Origin: a virus
DNA length: 64,000 bases
Direction: 5' to 3' (one strand)
IMG/VR virus record: IMGVR_UViG_3300030099_006533
Each line of letters begins with the position of its first letter. Within the stretch, counting starts at the first letter, position 1. The position numbers and the translations under genes are program-made. Positions 20,502 to 30,525 of the stretch are shown here, piece after piece. Below the pieces are notes generated by a model, which saw nothing but the letters and a program-made list of their open reading frames with translations, was not told the origin of the DNA and made no database searches.

Positions 20502-20779
20502 GCACATTCGTGCCTTTTAACCGACACATTTTGGTTCAACGCCAACCAAGAAAGCAGCAGGAAACTGACATCCTACTGCCAGAAGAATATACTAGTAGTC
20601 AGAAGACTCACGAGGTAGTAACTGTCCTTGGTGCATCACCAAATTGTGCGTTTATCGACAGAGTACCACCAGACACTCAGATTGTTGTTTTGTCTAATTT
20701 CCTTGAGGAAATCAAGGTGGGGTCTGAGACTCACACTGTTATTCTTGAGAACTACGTCCTAGGCGCCGTTTCTTCTTGA
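20498..20779 (+). CDS. groES: GroES-like co-chaperonin
   Basis: FVPFNRHILV..ILLPE..EVVTVLG..ILENYVLG matches Cpn10 pattern. Confidence 0.7.
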   Translation: MSTFVPFNRHILVQRQPRKQQETDILLPEEYTSSQKTHEVVTVLGASPNCAFIDRVPPDTQIVVLSNFLEEIKVGSETHTVILENYVLGAVSS

Positions 20780-20792
20780 GCCCGGACAGGCA

Positions 20793-21626
20793 GTGAAAGG
20801 GCATACGCACAGATATGAAAAAATAATCATTGGTGACTCACTAGAGGCCCTGCTGATGGGCTATAAGGAGGGCCGACCAGTGATCACTTTGAATCCTATA
20901 GAGCCTTTCTTTTTTGAGACCTATAATTCCGCAGTTGACTTATCTTTCCTAGGTATAGAAAACAAAGAGCGAATTATAAAAACGCCAGATGATGAGATCA
21001 AGGTAGGAATCAAAAAGCAAGAGGTATATCGAAAAGTAGCCATGGTTATGGCACTTGCTGGTTTATTACCTTTTGCGGGCAAAGCCATCTCAATGAGGCA
21101 AGTGGAAGATAAAAAAGTGCGTGTGGTTTTGGACCATGCTAGATCGGCATTCTTCACGTTTGACAGTTCGGTAACCGTAGGCAACAATATACTAGATCCA
21201 GAAATCCCTCCAAAATATTTGGTTTTAGATTGGATGGATGTCCGTTCTGGCATGGTCCACCCCTTTGACCGGATAGAAAAGTATACAGACTTTGTTAAGT
21301 GTATACATTTTTATCCATCTGACCGACTCGACGGCGCACACGATAAAAAAGACCTTGTATGTGTATCACAGCTTACAAGAGAACAGATGAACAACTATGA
21401 ATATTCAGACACTTACGCTAGGTTTGAAGTATTAGACTCGATGAAAAGAGCGGGCATTCGCGGCGCCCGCAACGGCCGTGATCCGAATCGGCCTGGAAAA
21501 TATAAGCACTATGCTGTAAAATTAGAAACAAACAGAAGAGAGGCTTACCCGATATATTCAAAGATTGAGTACAAGCCACAGCCCACAGCACATCGTAATT
21601 TAAAACTTTTGACGGACGTTTTTTGA
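20793..21626 (+). CDS. Hypothetical protein with degenerate Rossmann-like N-terminus
   Basis: YEKIIIGDSLEAL resembles a dinucleotide-binding beta-alpha start. Confidence 0.35.
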   Translation: MKGHTHRYEKIIIGDSLEALLMGYKEGRPVITLNPIEPFFFETYNSAVDLSFLGIENKERIIKTPDDEIKVGIKKQEVYRKVAMVMALAGLLPFAGKAISMRQVEDKKVRVVLDHARSAFFTFDSSVTVGNNILDPEIPPKYLVLDWMDVRSGMVHPFDRIEKYTDFVKCIHFYPSDRLDGAHDKKDLVCVSQLTREQMNNYEYSDTYARFEVLDSMKRAGIRGARNGRDPNRPGKYKHYAVKLETNRREAYPIYSKIEYKPQPTAHRNLKLLTDVF

Positions 21627-22504
21627 GACTAAGAAGGAGACACATTGCTGGCGTAATTCCAGTTGCAGGCCATGAAGACACCATCGATGTACCATGGTCA
21701 GATTGTATGATGCCGGTAGCACACAACATGCTTGCAATTGAGCGAGCAGTGCTGGAGTGTGCGTATGCTGGGTGTAAAACAATTTGGATTGTTTGCAATG
21801 ATGACATGGCGCCGTTGATAAAAGAAAGGACCGGAGAATACGTTTTCGACCCAGTGTACCACTATCGCAAGGAGAGGTGGTCACATGAGATGAGAAGGGT
21901 GATCCCGATTTTCTATGTTCCGATTCATGCAAAAGATTTGAATAAAAGAGATTGTTTGGCTTGGTCCATCTTATACGGCTCTGTGACGGCCTTCAAGATT
22001 GGCAAAACGCTGAGCGGCTGGGTCACACCATACAGATACTATGTATCCTTCCCACAAGGCGTGTACGACCCATCCCTTGTCAGAGAGCACAGGAATCTTA
22101 TAAAGAAGCAGGAAGTGTTCGCGCTGTCTCACAACGATGAGACTTTCAAAAACAATCACTATTTAGGATTTACTTTTGGAAAAGATGAATGGCTTGCAAT
22201 GCGCCGCGTGATTCGCTCTGGTACAGGAGCGTTCACGTCGGATGATCTAAAAGATGGGCAATATCCAAGGACGTTGCTGCCCTTAGAAGAAAGATACTCA
22301 GCACGCTATTTTACGCTTGACAAAGTAGCAGAACCTGTTAATATAGAACATGTACAGGAGATTGACGACTATTATTCGATTCAAGACTGGGAATCGTATG
22401 TAAAATATATGTCATCAGGAAAAGTTTTAGATTGCGATGTTTCTTACTTGACAAGAGGTAAGAAATTGAATAAAATGTGTATAGACAGTGAGGATATTAC
22501 ATGA
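21623..22504 (+). CDS. Sugar-phosphate nucleotidyltransferase-like protein
   Basis: IAGVIPVAG..MMPVA..AIERAVLECAYAGCKTIWIV matches NTP_transferase N-terminus, with degenerate GxGxR. Confidence 0.55.
   Translation: MRLRRRHIAGVIPVAGHEDTIDVPWSDCMMPVAHNMLAIERAVLECAYAGCKTIWIVCNDDMAPLIKERTGEYVFDPVYHYRKERWSHEMRRVIPIFYVPIHAKDLNKRDCLAWSILYGSVTAFKIGKTLSGWVTPYRYYVSFPQGVYDPSLVREHRNLIKKQEVFALSHNDETFKNNHYLGFTFGKDEWLAMRRVIRSGTGAFTSDDLKDGQYPRTLLPLEERYSARYFTLDKVAEPVNIEHVQEIDDYYSIQDWESYVKYMSSGKVLDCDVSYLTRGKKLNKMCIDSEDIT
22448..22476 (+). promoter_or_regulatory. sigma70-type promoter upstream of dnaE
   Basis: TTGACA-17bp-TAAAAT. Confidence 0.55.
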
Positions 22505-25500
22505 CAGGCCCCAAAATTAAATTCGTTAACCTTCATGCCCACAGCGTGGCAGGTTCTATCTTTGATGCTATCGGCTATCCGTCCGATCATATGGACTTCG
22601 CACACGCTAATGGTCTAGACGCCCTTGCGCTCACCGACCATGGCAACATGAATGGGTTGGCATATCAGGTTCTCCACGGCCGCAAGATGGCCGAAGAGGG
22701 CAAGAACTTCAAGCCTATCTATGGGGTCGAGGCCTATTTCATTCCTTCGCTCGATGAGTGGCGTGACGAGTATGAGCAGGTCATGCAGGACAAGAAGAAG
22801 GCACGCGAGCACGCTAAGGGCAAGCAGTCCGGGGCCACAGTTGAAGATTCCGCAGAGTCCAAGCGTGCCACAAACAATATCCTCAAGCGCCGCTCTCACC
22901 TGATCCTGCTGGCTCAGAACCAGACTGGTCTGAACAATATCTTCAAGCTGGTGTCTGAGAGCTATAAGCCAGAAAACTACTATCGATACCCGCGTATCGA
23001 CTTTGAAATGTTGGAGAAGCATAATGAAGGTATCGTTGCTGCTAGTGCATGCCTTGGTGGTGTGTATGCTTCTGACTTCTGGCGTTCAAGCACTTATGAC
23101 GATGAGGGCAACCGCACCGGCTTCGACCGAGATGCTGCCCTTGAGTCCATGCGAAAGACAACCAGTCGTATGGTTGACATTTTCGGTGATCGCTGGTATG
23201 CCGAGTTGCAGTGGAACAACATTCCAGAGCAGCACCACCTTAACCAGCTTGTTGTACAGGTAGCAGACGAGCATAATGTAAAGTTGATCTCAACCGCCGA
23301 CAGCCACTACCCTAATCCTGATGCCTGGAAGGACCGGGAGCTTTACAATCGCCTCGGTTGGCTTGGTAAGGGCCGGCCCTCATGGGCAGAGGAAGATTCA
23401 GATCTGCCTGTCGATGTTGACGAGGTTGGCTATGAGCTATATCCTAAGAATGGCGACCAGATGTGGGAGTCATACAAGAAGTATTCTGCAATGTGCAATG
23501 AAGAGTACGACGATGACCTTATTCTAGAGTCCATCACGAATACTTACTCTATTGCTCACGACAGAATCGAGAACTTCTTCCCAGACAACACGGTTCGTCT
23601 GCCAGACTTTGTTGTACCCGCAGGTATGTCAGCCACCGATGCGCTGATCAAGCTGTCTATGGACGGCCTGAACGAAATGGGCTTCGCGGACAATCAGGAG
23701 TACATTGACCGCCTCCGCCATGAGCTTAAGGTTATCGATGACCGAGGATTCTCCAAGTACTTCCTGACAATGAAGGCAATCTCCGACCGCGCCACAGAAT
23801 CAATGCTCACCGGCCCGGGCCGCGGCTCTGCCGCTGGCTCGCTGGTTGCTTATGTGCTGCGCATCACACAGGTTGACCCAATCAAGTATGGTCTTCTGTT
23901 CTCTCGCTTCCTGCGCTCTGACGCCACAGACTATCCTGATATCGATTACGATGTGGCTGACCCAATGGTACTCAAGGAGCAGTTGATCGAGGAGTGGGGC
24001 GAGGATACTGTTGCTCCAATCTCCAACTGGAACACGCTACAGCTTCGCTCGCTCATCAAGGACATCTCAAAGTTCTATGGTGTCGAGTATACCGAGGTCA
24101 ACAAAGTAACCTCTGTCATGATGTCAGAAGCCACTCCGCTGGCAAAGCAAAAGCATGGTATCAAGGCTGGTATTTATGCCCCAACTTGGCAGGAGGTTGT
24201 CGAGTTTAGTCCGACGCTTCGTACCTTCCTTGAGACCTATCCAGATATCAAGACTCACGTTGAGACTTTGGTTGGTCAGGTTCGTAGCTGTAGCCGCCAT
24301 GCTGGTGGCGTTGTGGTGGCAGAGAATCTAGACCATCACATGCCGCTGATCAACTCGGGTGGAGTCCGTCAGACTCCGTGGTCAGAGGGTCAGAACGTTC
24401 GTCATCTAGAGCCCATGGGCTTTATTAAGTTCGACTTGCTTGGTCTGGCTTCTCTTCGTATGATTGACGGTGCAGTTCGGCATATTCTCACTCGCCACCA
24501 CGGTATTGAGAACCCGACATTTGCAGACGTCAAGAGGTATTACGATGAAAACCTGCATCCAGACGTCATCAACCTTGATGATCAGGATGTATACGAAAAC
24601 GTATTCCATCAAGGTAAGTGGGCTGGTGTCTTCCAGTTTACTGAGTCTGGCGCACAGAACTTCTGTGTTCGTGCAAAGCCGCAGAGCATTGTTGACATCT
24701 CAGCCATTACGTCTATCTTCCGTCCAGGCCCATTGTCTGCTGGCGTCGATGACCAGTATGTTGAGGCCAAGGAAAGCCCTCAGTATATCAAGTATGTACA
24801 TCCGCTTGTGCAGGAAGTAACTGAGGAGACGTTCGGTTTCCTTATCTTCCAAGAGCAGATTGCTCTTCTGGCTCACAAGCTAGGCAAGGATGTCAGCCTT
24901 GACGAGGGTAACAAGCTGCGAAAGCTGCTTACTAAGAAGGGTACTGGCAAGGGCGCCCGCGAGAAGAACAAGATTCATAAGAAGTTTATCGAAGGCTGTG
25001 TTGAAAAGGGATTGCAGAAGTCCACAGGCCAGCGCCTTTGGGAAACCTTTGAATACTTCTCGGGCTACGGCTTCAACAAGTCCCACGCGGTTTCGTACAG
25101 TATCCTGTCGTTCCAGTGTGCTTGGCTTCTCAACTACTACCCGGCTGAGTGGATCGCAGCATTCCTTGATAAGGAACCTGAGTCTCGCAAGGAGAAGGCC
25201 ATCAGTGTGGCCAAGAACTTTGGTTTCGATATCAAGGCTCTAAATGTAAACACCTCTGGCCGTGTGTGGGAGATTAATGAAGATGGCTCGACACTGATCC
25301 AACCCTTCAGTTCTATCAAGGGGCTGGGTGATGCTGCTATCGATCAGATTCTCGCCAATCGACCGTTTGAAGACATTGAAGACTTCCTGTTCAATGACGG
25401 CATTTCATACTCTAAGCTGAATAAGAAGGCTCTGGATGTGCTCATCCGCAGCGAATCGCTTGACAGCCTGATGGACGAGAGGTTTACTGGCACCAAGCAC

Positions 25501-25962
25501 TTCTGGTCTGCAGTTGCTGTTGACCGGCCAAAGAACAAGAAGAAGTTCCTAGAGAACGTCGAACTATACCGACCCGAAGGGGAGTTCACAGAGGAAGAGA
25601 AGATCCAATCTATTGTTGACCTGACTGGTGTGTTCCCGATGTCTCGCGTTATTGATGATGATATTATGCAGAGGCTTGAGGAGAAGTTCATCCCGCCCAT
25701 TGCCGAATTCGATCCAGACCTGCAGGTGACTTGGTTCATTCCACGCAAGATTGTTCCGAAGAAGACTAAGAATGGTAAGCTTTATTGGATTCTGGAAGTT
25801 ATTGACTCTACCAATGCGTTGACTAAGATTCGTTGTTGGGGTGTGCAGCCTGATAAGGATCGGATTCTTTTGAACCGCCCATATCTAGCAAAGCTAGACT
25901 TCAACACGCAGTGGGGATTCAGCACACGCTCGATTCGCTACAATTTCCGATTGCTCGGATAG
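22501..25962 (+). CDS. dnaE: DNA polymerase III alpha subunit (family C, PHP domain)
   Basis: NLHAHS, ALTDHG, ADSHY, GRGSAAGS, PDIDYD, RHAGGVV, IKFDLLGL, YGFNKSHAVSY. Confidence 0.97.
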   Translation: MTGPKIKFVNLHAHSVAGSIFDAIGYPSDHMDFAHANGLDALALTDHGNMNGLAYQVLHGRKMAEEGKNFKPIYGVEAYFIPSLDEWRDEYEQVMQDKKKAREHAKGKQSGATVEDSAESKRATNNILKRRSHLILLAQNQTGLNNIFKLVSESYKPENYYRYPRIDFEMLEKHNEGIVAASACLGGVYASDFWRSSTYDDEGNRTGFDRDAALESMRKTTSRMVDIFGDRWYAELQWNNIPEQHHLNQLVVQVADEHNVKLISTADSHYPNPDAWKDRELYNRLGWLGKGRPSWAEEDSDLPVDVDEVGYELYPKNGDQMWESYKKYSAMCNEEYDDDLILESITNTYSIAHDRIENFFPDNTVRLPDFVVPAGMSATDALIKLSMDGLNEMGFADNQEYIDRLRHELKVIDDRGFSKYFLTMKAISDRATESMLTGPGRGSAAGSLVAYVLRITQVDPIKYGLLFSRFLRSDATDYPDIDYDVADPMVLKEQLIEEWGEDTVAPISNWNTLQLRSLIKDISKFYGVEYTEVNKVTSVMMSEATPLAKQKHGIKAGIYAPTWQEVVEFSPTLRTFLETYPDIKTHVETLVGQVRSCSRHAGGVVVAENLDHHMPLINSGGVRQTPWSEGQNVRHLEPMGFIKFDLLGLASLRMIDGAVRHILTRHHGIENPTFADVKRYYDENLHPDVINLDDQDVYENVFHQGKWAGVFQFTESGAQNFCVRAKPQSIVDISAITSIFRPGPLSAGVDDQYVEAKESPQYIKYVHPLVQEVTEETFGFLIFQEQIALLAHKLGKDVSLDEGNKLRKLLTKKGTGKGAREKNKIHKKFIEGCVEKGLQKSTGQRLWETFEYFSGYGFNKSHAVSYSILSFQCAWLLNYYPAEWIAAFLDKEPESRKEKAISVAKNFGFDIKALNVNTSGRVWEINEDGSTLIQPFSSIKGLGDAAIDQILANRPFEDIEDFLFNDGISYSKLNKKALDVLIRSESLDSLMDERFTGTKHFWSAVAVDRPKNKKKFLENVELYRPEGEFTEEEKIQSIVDLTGVFPMSRVIDDDIMQRLEEKFIPPIAEFDPDLQVTWFIPRKIVPKKTKNGKLYWILEVIDSTNALTKIRCWGVQPDKDRILLNRPYLAKLDFNTQWGFSTRSIRYNFRLLG

Positions 25963-25968
25963 TTAGTA

Positions 25969-26442
25969 TTGATGGTCAAGTGGTTTACCGGTTCTGGACG
26001 AGAGATAGATTTTGCCGAGATTGTAGAGTACATCAAGGCCCACGCAGCCTCAAAAGGTAAAGTTTATCTAGGAACAGACTCCTTCCTGAATAAAGACAAA
26101 TGCACGTTTTCAACGGCGCTTGTTTTACATGGCGCCGAAAGTCAACGAGGCGGCCGCTATTTTGTAACAAGGATGAATGTAGAGAAAGGCAAGTATGATG
26201 TTTTGGTGGCTAGGATAACAGAAGAGACAAATCGCTCGGTCCAGCTGGGTTTGCGTCTCATGCAGATGTGTCCCAATTTGAAAATAGAAATTCACCTAGA
26301 TGTAAGCGCATCAGACAAGAAAGAAGGCACCAGCCAGTTTTCAGATATGCTTATTGGATTCGCAAAAGGGGCCGGCTTTGAAGCTAAAATTAAACCAGAA
26401 GCATTTGCAGCTGCGTCCATCGCTGATAAGCATTCTAAATAA
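25969..26442 (+). CDS. RNase H-like YkuK (DUF458) family protein
   Basis: YLGTDS, EETNRSV, EIHLDV, KPEAFAAASIAD. Confidence 0.75.
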   Translation: MMVKWFTGSGREIDFAEIVEYIKAHAASKGKVYLGTDSFLNKDKCTFSTALVLHGAESQRGGRYFVTRMNVEKGKYDVLVARITEETNRSVQLGLRLMQMCPNLKIEIHLDVSASDKKEGTSQFSDMLIGFAKGAGFEAKIKPEAFAAASIADKHSK

Positions 26443-26464
26443 AGTTACGATTACTATATGAGTT

Positions 26465-26474
26465 ACTATTTATA
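26465..26474 (+). promoter_or_regulatory. Candidate late-promoter motif ACTATTTATA
   Basis: Identical 10-mer also at 32750 and 40949, each intergenic upstream of putative virion genes. Confidence 0.45.
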
Positions 26475-26501
26475 AATGTTCGTTTATAAGGAGCCAATAC
26501 C

Positions 26502-26927
26502 GTGTTTTTAACTGATAAGATGTTGCGGCAGATGATTGCCGAAATTAAGGATGAGTATTTGACCCAACTACCCGGGAACTACGAAGATCCTCGTTGCGGC
26601 ACAGAAAATGCCATGGAAAACTTCTCATGTGAGTTGGATGAAATCGAAATAGACTCCAGCGAGGGCGTAAACTTTATGGGCAACAGCATGTCATATGAGG
26701 AGCTTATTTCGATTGTGGGCAACTATGTTGCTAGCCATGAGCAACGACACTCCGGCGGCGCCCCAATGAAGCAGCTTCGCGACGGTATCAAAGGCGCCAT
26801 CCGTGATGCATTGTCTGATGTTCCGCAAATGATTGCCGATGCACTGGCCGAAGAACTGGAACCTTATATTGAAGACGACGATGATCACATGATGCAATAT
26901 GATCAAGACGACATGGGAGAGTTTTAA
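26502..26927 (+). CDS. Acidic putative virion-internal protein
   Basis: N-terminal LT.KMLRQMI.E motif; acidic. Confidence 0.4.
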   Translation: MFLTDKMLRQMIAEIKDEYLTQLPGNYEDPRCGTENAMENFSCELDEIEIDSSEGVNFMGNSMSYEELISIVGNYVASHEQRHSGGAPMKQLRDGIKGAIRDALSDVPQMIADALAEELEPYIEDDDDHMMQYDQDDMGEF

Positions 26928-27343
26928 TGCAGTTTAAAGTTGAAGACATCAAGCAGATGATCAAAGAAGAGCTTGAGGTTATCCTAACAAACGAAGAGGC
27001 CGGCGACTTATTCGGTATCGAAGTGCAGCGTCAGCTTGAGGAAGGTCATGGCGGCGAAGGCTCAATGGCTGTTGGTCAGCTAAATAGAATGGCCGAGATG
27101 GTTGACGAAGTTCGCGGCATGATTGACGAGCAGGACGACCTAGAAGAGTGGGTTGAGTCAAAGATTACAAAGGCTCATGATTATATCAATACGGTTCTGA
27201 ACTATCTCTCAGGAGCAGACGACGACCTCGACTCCACCGAACCCGGACTAGAACTTCCCCAGATTGATAGGGATACGTTTGATCGCATGAAGAACATCGG
27301 TCGTCAACGTGCGAACCCTAGACTAAAATACAAGGATTTATAA
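26927..27343 (+). CDS. Acidic putative virion-internal protein
   Basis: N-terminal IKQMIKEEL motif; LEEWVESKITKAHDYI helical domain. Confidence 0.4.
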   Translation: MQFKVEDIKQMIKEELEVILTNEEAGDLFGIEVQRQLEEGHGGEGSMAVGQLNRMAEMVDEVRGMIDEQDDLEEWVESKITKAHDYINTVLNYLSGADDDLDSTEPGLELPQIDRDTFDRMKNIGRQRANPRLKYKDL

Positions 27344-27347
27344 CAAA

Positions 27348-28139
27348 ATGAAAATCACCACAAAAAGACTCAAAGAGATTATCATGGAAGAGGTCAAGGC
27401 CCTTTCGGAGAATGCTCCTGCAGAAGAAATCGAAGAGGCTCGCGACGACCGAGACGATGCACAGGTCATGCGCGACATTGAACACATGCTTGAGACCCTT
27501 AAACTCTCAGACGAGGTAAGAAATGAACTTGAACGTATTCTAAACGAACTCTTTAAAGGTCGATACGGCCGCGATGATAAGCCATCACCGGTCGAGCCGA
27601 ATCCGCTAGCATCTCTCAGCATGGACCACTATGGCATGTCAACTCCGAGTTTCGAAGAGGGTCTGACCAAAAAGGATCTCGCAAGAATCATCCACGAGGA
27701 AACTGTCAAGGCCATCAAGGAAGGCGGCCAAGTCATCAACAAAGACGGCGAAATGATCTTCACCGACACAGATGGTGATGCATCCGACAAGGCTCGGATG
27801 GCGGCAAGACGAAACGACTACGAAAAGGTTTTGGAGAAGATTGCCAACATGATCAAGAGTGGCAAACCACAACTAGCATACGACGAAGCTCTCAAGATGC
27901 TCTCCGCTAGCAGCGAAAAAGGCAGGGAGCGTGCTAATGCTATCGAGCCCGAAGACGCGCTTGGAGAAGAGAATGAGGTGGAACTAGAAGAGAAGTTCTA
28001 CGGTGGAGCATATGACAAGTCGCGCTATACCAAAGGCCCGGATGGTAAGGAACGCGGCGAGCAGTCTGCCAACACAGGCTCAAGGCAAAAAGACAGCTCC
28101 ACTTCTCGCGATCGCAACAGGCATCCCAGCGGCCGATAA
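27348..28139 (+). CDS. Putative virion-internal protein
   Basis: MKITTKRLKEIIMEEV plus internal repeat LTKKDLARIIHEE. Confidence 0.45.
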   Translation: MKITTKRLKEIIMEEVKALSENAPAEEIEEARDDRDDAQVMRDIEHMLETLKLSDEVRNELERILNELFKGRYGRDDKPSPVEPNPLASLSMDHYGMSTPSFEEGLTKKDLARIIHEETVKAIKEGGQVINKDGEMIFTDTDGDASDKARMAARRNDYEKVLEKIANMIKSGKPQLAYDEALKMLSASSEKGRERANAIEPEDALGEENEVELEEKFYGGAYDKSRYTKGPDGKERGEQSANTGSRQKDSSTSRDRNRHPSGR

Positions 28140-28155
28140 TAATCCACAATAACAC

Positions 28156-28184
28156 TTGACACAAAGCTAACAACCTGTTATATT
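28156..28184 (+). promoter_or_regulatory. sigma70-type promoter
   Basis: TTGACA-17bp-TATATT. Confidence 0.7.
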
Positions 28185-28190
28185 ATATGA

Positions 28191-28466
28191 ATGGAATATA
28201 AGACAGGCGACATCGTCCTAGTAAAGAGCTTCGCAGGCCCAAACGTCCGCGTTCGCTTGGATGAGCGCCACGCCAACTTTGGTGATGGATGGGGTGCTGA
28301 AGGCTGGGACGCCACAATAATTTATAAAAAAGATATTGACAAACTACGCCAAAATGGTGTACCATATAAAAAGAGTGGAAAGCCGAATGTGTGGGTTTTC
28401 GACTTTGAAATAATCAAACTAATAAGGAGCAGCAGTGCTAAACCTAGACGACGACAAGAGAGCTAA
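28191..28466 (+). CDS. Small SH3/KOW-like protein
   Basis: YKTGDIVLV start; directly after promoter. Confidence 0.45.
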   Translation: MEYKTGDIVLVKSFAGPNVRVRLDERHANFGDGWGAEGWDATIIYKKDIDKLRQNGVPYKKSGKPNVWVFDFEIIKLIRSSSAKPRRRQES

Positions 28467-28713
28467 GATCGTTGAATATATCCGTTCCCTCAAGACCATT
28501 GAGGATGCAATGGAGCCATACAAGGAGCAGAAGCGCGAGCTTCGCAAGGACTTTAAGGATCAGGGTTGGCTAAACCAGACAGAGCAGCGTCTGGCTACCA
28601 AGGCTTACCGGCTTATGAAAAGCGAGATTGATCTTGATGAGCTGTATGATGTGTACGAGGCCCTAGTAAAGCCTTCGACAGCAACTGCAACCTACGATAA
28701 CACCGGAGATTAA
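28435..28713 (+). CDS. GapR/T4 DsbA-like dsDNA-binding protein
   Basis: IVEYIRSLKTIE..KEQKRELRKDF..AYRLMK coiled-coil pattern; SD AAGGAG. Confidence 0.55.
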   Translation: MLNLDDDKRAKIVEYIRSLKTIEDAMEPYKEQKRELRKDFKDQGWLNQTEQRLATKAYRLMKSEIDLDELYDVYEALVKPSTATATYDNTGD

Positions 28714-28714
28714 G

Positions 28715-29176
28715 GTGATTCTAGAGTTTTATAAGACCCGAAAGGACGTATTGACGCCCACCCGGGCCAACCCCTCTGACGCAGGGTTGGATGTATATTT
28801 TTGTCCAGAAGACTCAAGTCTATCTGGCAAGTGGCTTGAGCCCGGAGAGTCTGGCCTATTCCAGACTGGTCTCAAGTTCGGAGTGCCCCACGGGTACATG
28901 TTGGAAGTAAAGAACCGTTCAGGGAATGCAGCGAAGCGACATCTGTTAGTGGGCGCGTGTGTAGTTGATTCTGGTTATGATGGCGAGGTATTCGTAAACC
29001 TGCACAATGTAGGTAATGAACGGCAACTTATTGAAAAGAACATGAAGATCGCCCAACTTGTAATGACGCCCGTGGTGCACTTCCGTCCACTTGAACGCTC
29101 AGATGACAGCTTATACAATCAGCCTATGACAATCAGTAATCGTGGCGACGGTGCCCTTGGAAGCACCGATGTATAA
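28715..29176 (+). CDS. dut: Trimeric dUTPase
   Basis: DAGLD, RSG, VVDSGYDGEV, KIAQLV, RGDGALGST. Confidence 0.95.
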   Translation: MILEFYKTRKDVLTPTRANPSDAGLDVYFCPEDSSLSGKWLEPGESGLFQTGLKFGVPHGYMLEVKNRSGNAAKRHLLVGACVVDSGYDGEVFVNLHNVGNERQLIEKNMKIAQLVMTPVVHFRPLERSDDSLYNQPMTISNRGDGALGSTDV

Positions 29177-29681
29177 TCAAGCACAAAAATTTAGTACCGT
29201 TAGTTCAACCGACATATACTCTCAAGGCGGGATGGCTAATCACACAGGCTCAATGAACGAGGCCCATGTGAATGATCAACTACGCAACATCGGACTTCAA
29301 CCAGAGAAAAGAAGATACGAATCGTCATGGAGCTTACGGTCAGAGGTAGATTGCGATTTAGAAAAGTGTGATAAACTTGGAATCTGTGCTGAATACAAAG
29401 TTCAAAATGTCTCTGGTACCGCGGATCAGAAAGGCGGAACTGAACTTTACAATGCAGGCAAGAAAATTGTTTGTGATGATTATGTATTAGTTTTTTCTGG
29501 CTCACATTGGGAACATGGACGCGGCCAAAAGCTTTTTGAAATGTATAAAGAAATGGCATCCGACTTTAATGCGGCACCTGATAGATTTTGTGTAGCTGCT
29601 AAAAAACTTCATGTGATGAAACAATGTGAGTTTATCGAATTCGTAGAACAAAGACAAAAGGAGAGACTACAAAATGGATGA
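29169..29681 (+). CDS. PD-(D/E)XK nuclease-like protein
   Basis: NEAHV..VD..AEYKVQNVSGTADQK resembles restriction-endonuclease-like ExKxQ..G motif. Confidence 0.5.
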   Translation: MYNQAQKFSTVSSTDIYSQGGMANHTGSMNEAHVNDQLRNIGLQPEKRRYESSWSLRSEVDCDLEKCDKLGICAEYKVQNVSGTADQKGGTELYNAGKKIVCDDYVLVFSGSHWEHGRGQKLFEMYKEMASDFNAAPDRFCVAAKKLHVMKQCEFIEFVEQRQKERLQNG

Positions 29682-30150
29682 AAATACAAAAAAAGTAATG
29701 TTCAGTTCCAAGACTGGTGACTGGGCTACCCCACAAGATTTCTTTGACAAACTTAACTGGCGCTATGGACCGTTTGATTTGGATCCCTGCGCCAGCACAC
29801 ACAATACGAAGTGTGCCAATTTCTTTACCGAGGCTGAAGATGGTCTCTCAAAGGACTGGACCGGTCACACCGTCTTTGTCAACCCTCCGTATGGTCGAGG
29901 TATTGACAAGTGGATTGCAAAGGGGTATAATACAGCTAAGGATGAGAACTCTAAGGTTGTCATGCTTATCCCAGCAAGGACGGATACTCGATATTGGCAC
30001 GATTATGTTATGAAGGCAGCAGAGGTACACTTTGTAAAGGGTCGCCTCAAGTTTGGAGACTCGCAAAACTCTGCTCCATTCCCATCTGCAGTTATCGTAT
30101 TCGACGGCAGCTATGCAGGACCACAAATTTTCGGTGCAATGAACCGATAA
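29674..30150 (+). CDS. Phage DNA N6-adenine methyltransferase
   Basis: WATPQ, FDLDPCA, VFVNPPYG, LIPARTDT, GRLKF. Confidence 0.9.
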   Translation: MDENTKKVMFSSKTGDWATPQDFFDKLNWRYGPFDLDPCASTHNTKCANFFTEAEDGLSKDWTGHTVFVNPPYGRGIDKWIAKGYNTAKDENSKVVMLIPARTDTRYWHDYVMKAAEVHFVKGRLKFGDSQNSAPFPSAVIVFDGSYAGPQIFGAMNR

Positions 30151-30159
30151 GGAGAACAC

Positions 30160-30525
30160 ATGTTAGATGAAACAGTACAGTCAGCTATTCTACAGCTGCA
30201 AGCACAACTAACTGGCATTATTGGCCAGATGAAAGATATGGCCCGCCGGCGCACTGAGCCCGCTGATCCGCAGGTTCTAGGCAACCTTGCCCTTCAGGCC
30301 GCTCAGATTCAGGGAGCAATCCAGGCGGTCACCCAGCTTCGTCAGGATCTGGTTGAAACCGGCCGCGATGCTCTGCGTCTCTCTGAAGAGCCAGCCAGTA
30401 CAACCGTGGAAGTACAGGAAGAAGACGATGAGGAGTTACCTAGTGTCATTACACAAGAGGTTCTAGATTCCCGCCGTGTTAAGCCACGCGACGCCGGTAC
30501 TGAGGAAGAGTCGAGTGAATCGTAA
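30160..30525 (+). CDS. Hypothetical coiled-coil protein
   Basis: SD AAGGAG; heptad-like helix. Confidence 0.5.
   Translation: MLDETVQSAILQLQAQLTGIIGQMKDMARRRTEPADPQVLGNLALQAAQIQGAIQAVTQLRQDLVETGRDALRLSEEPASTTVEVQEEDDEELPSVITQEVLDSRRVKPRDAGTEEESSES

Noticed and set aside
10399-25962. Inteins or introns in recA, helicase, nrdJ or dnaE
   Set aside because: Protein lengths are normal and no C/S..HN splice motifs or LAGLIDADG/HNH inserts were seen
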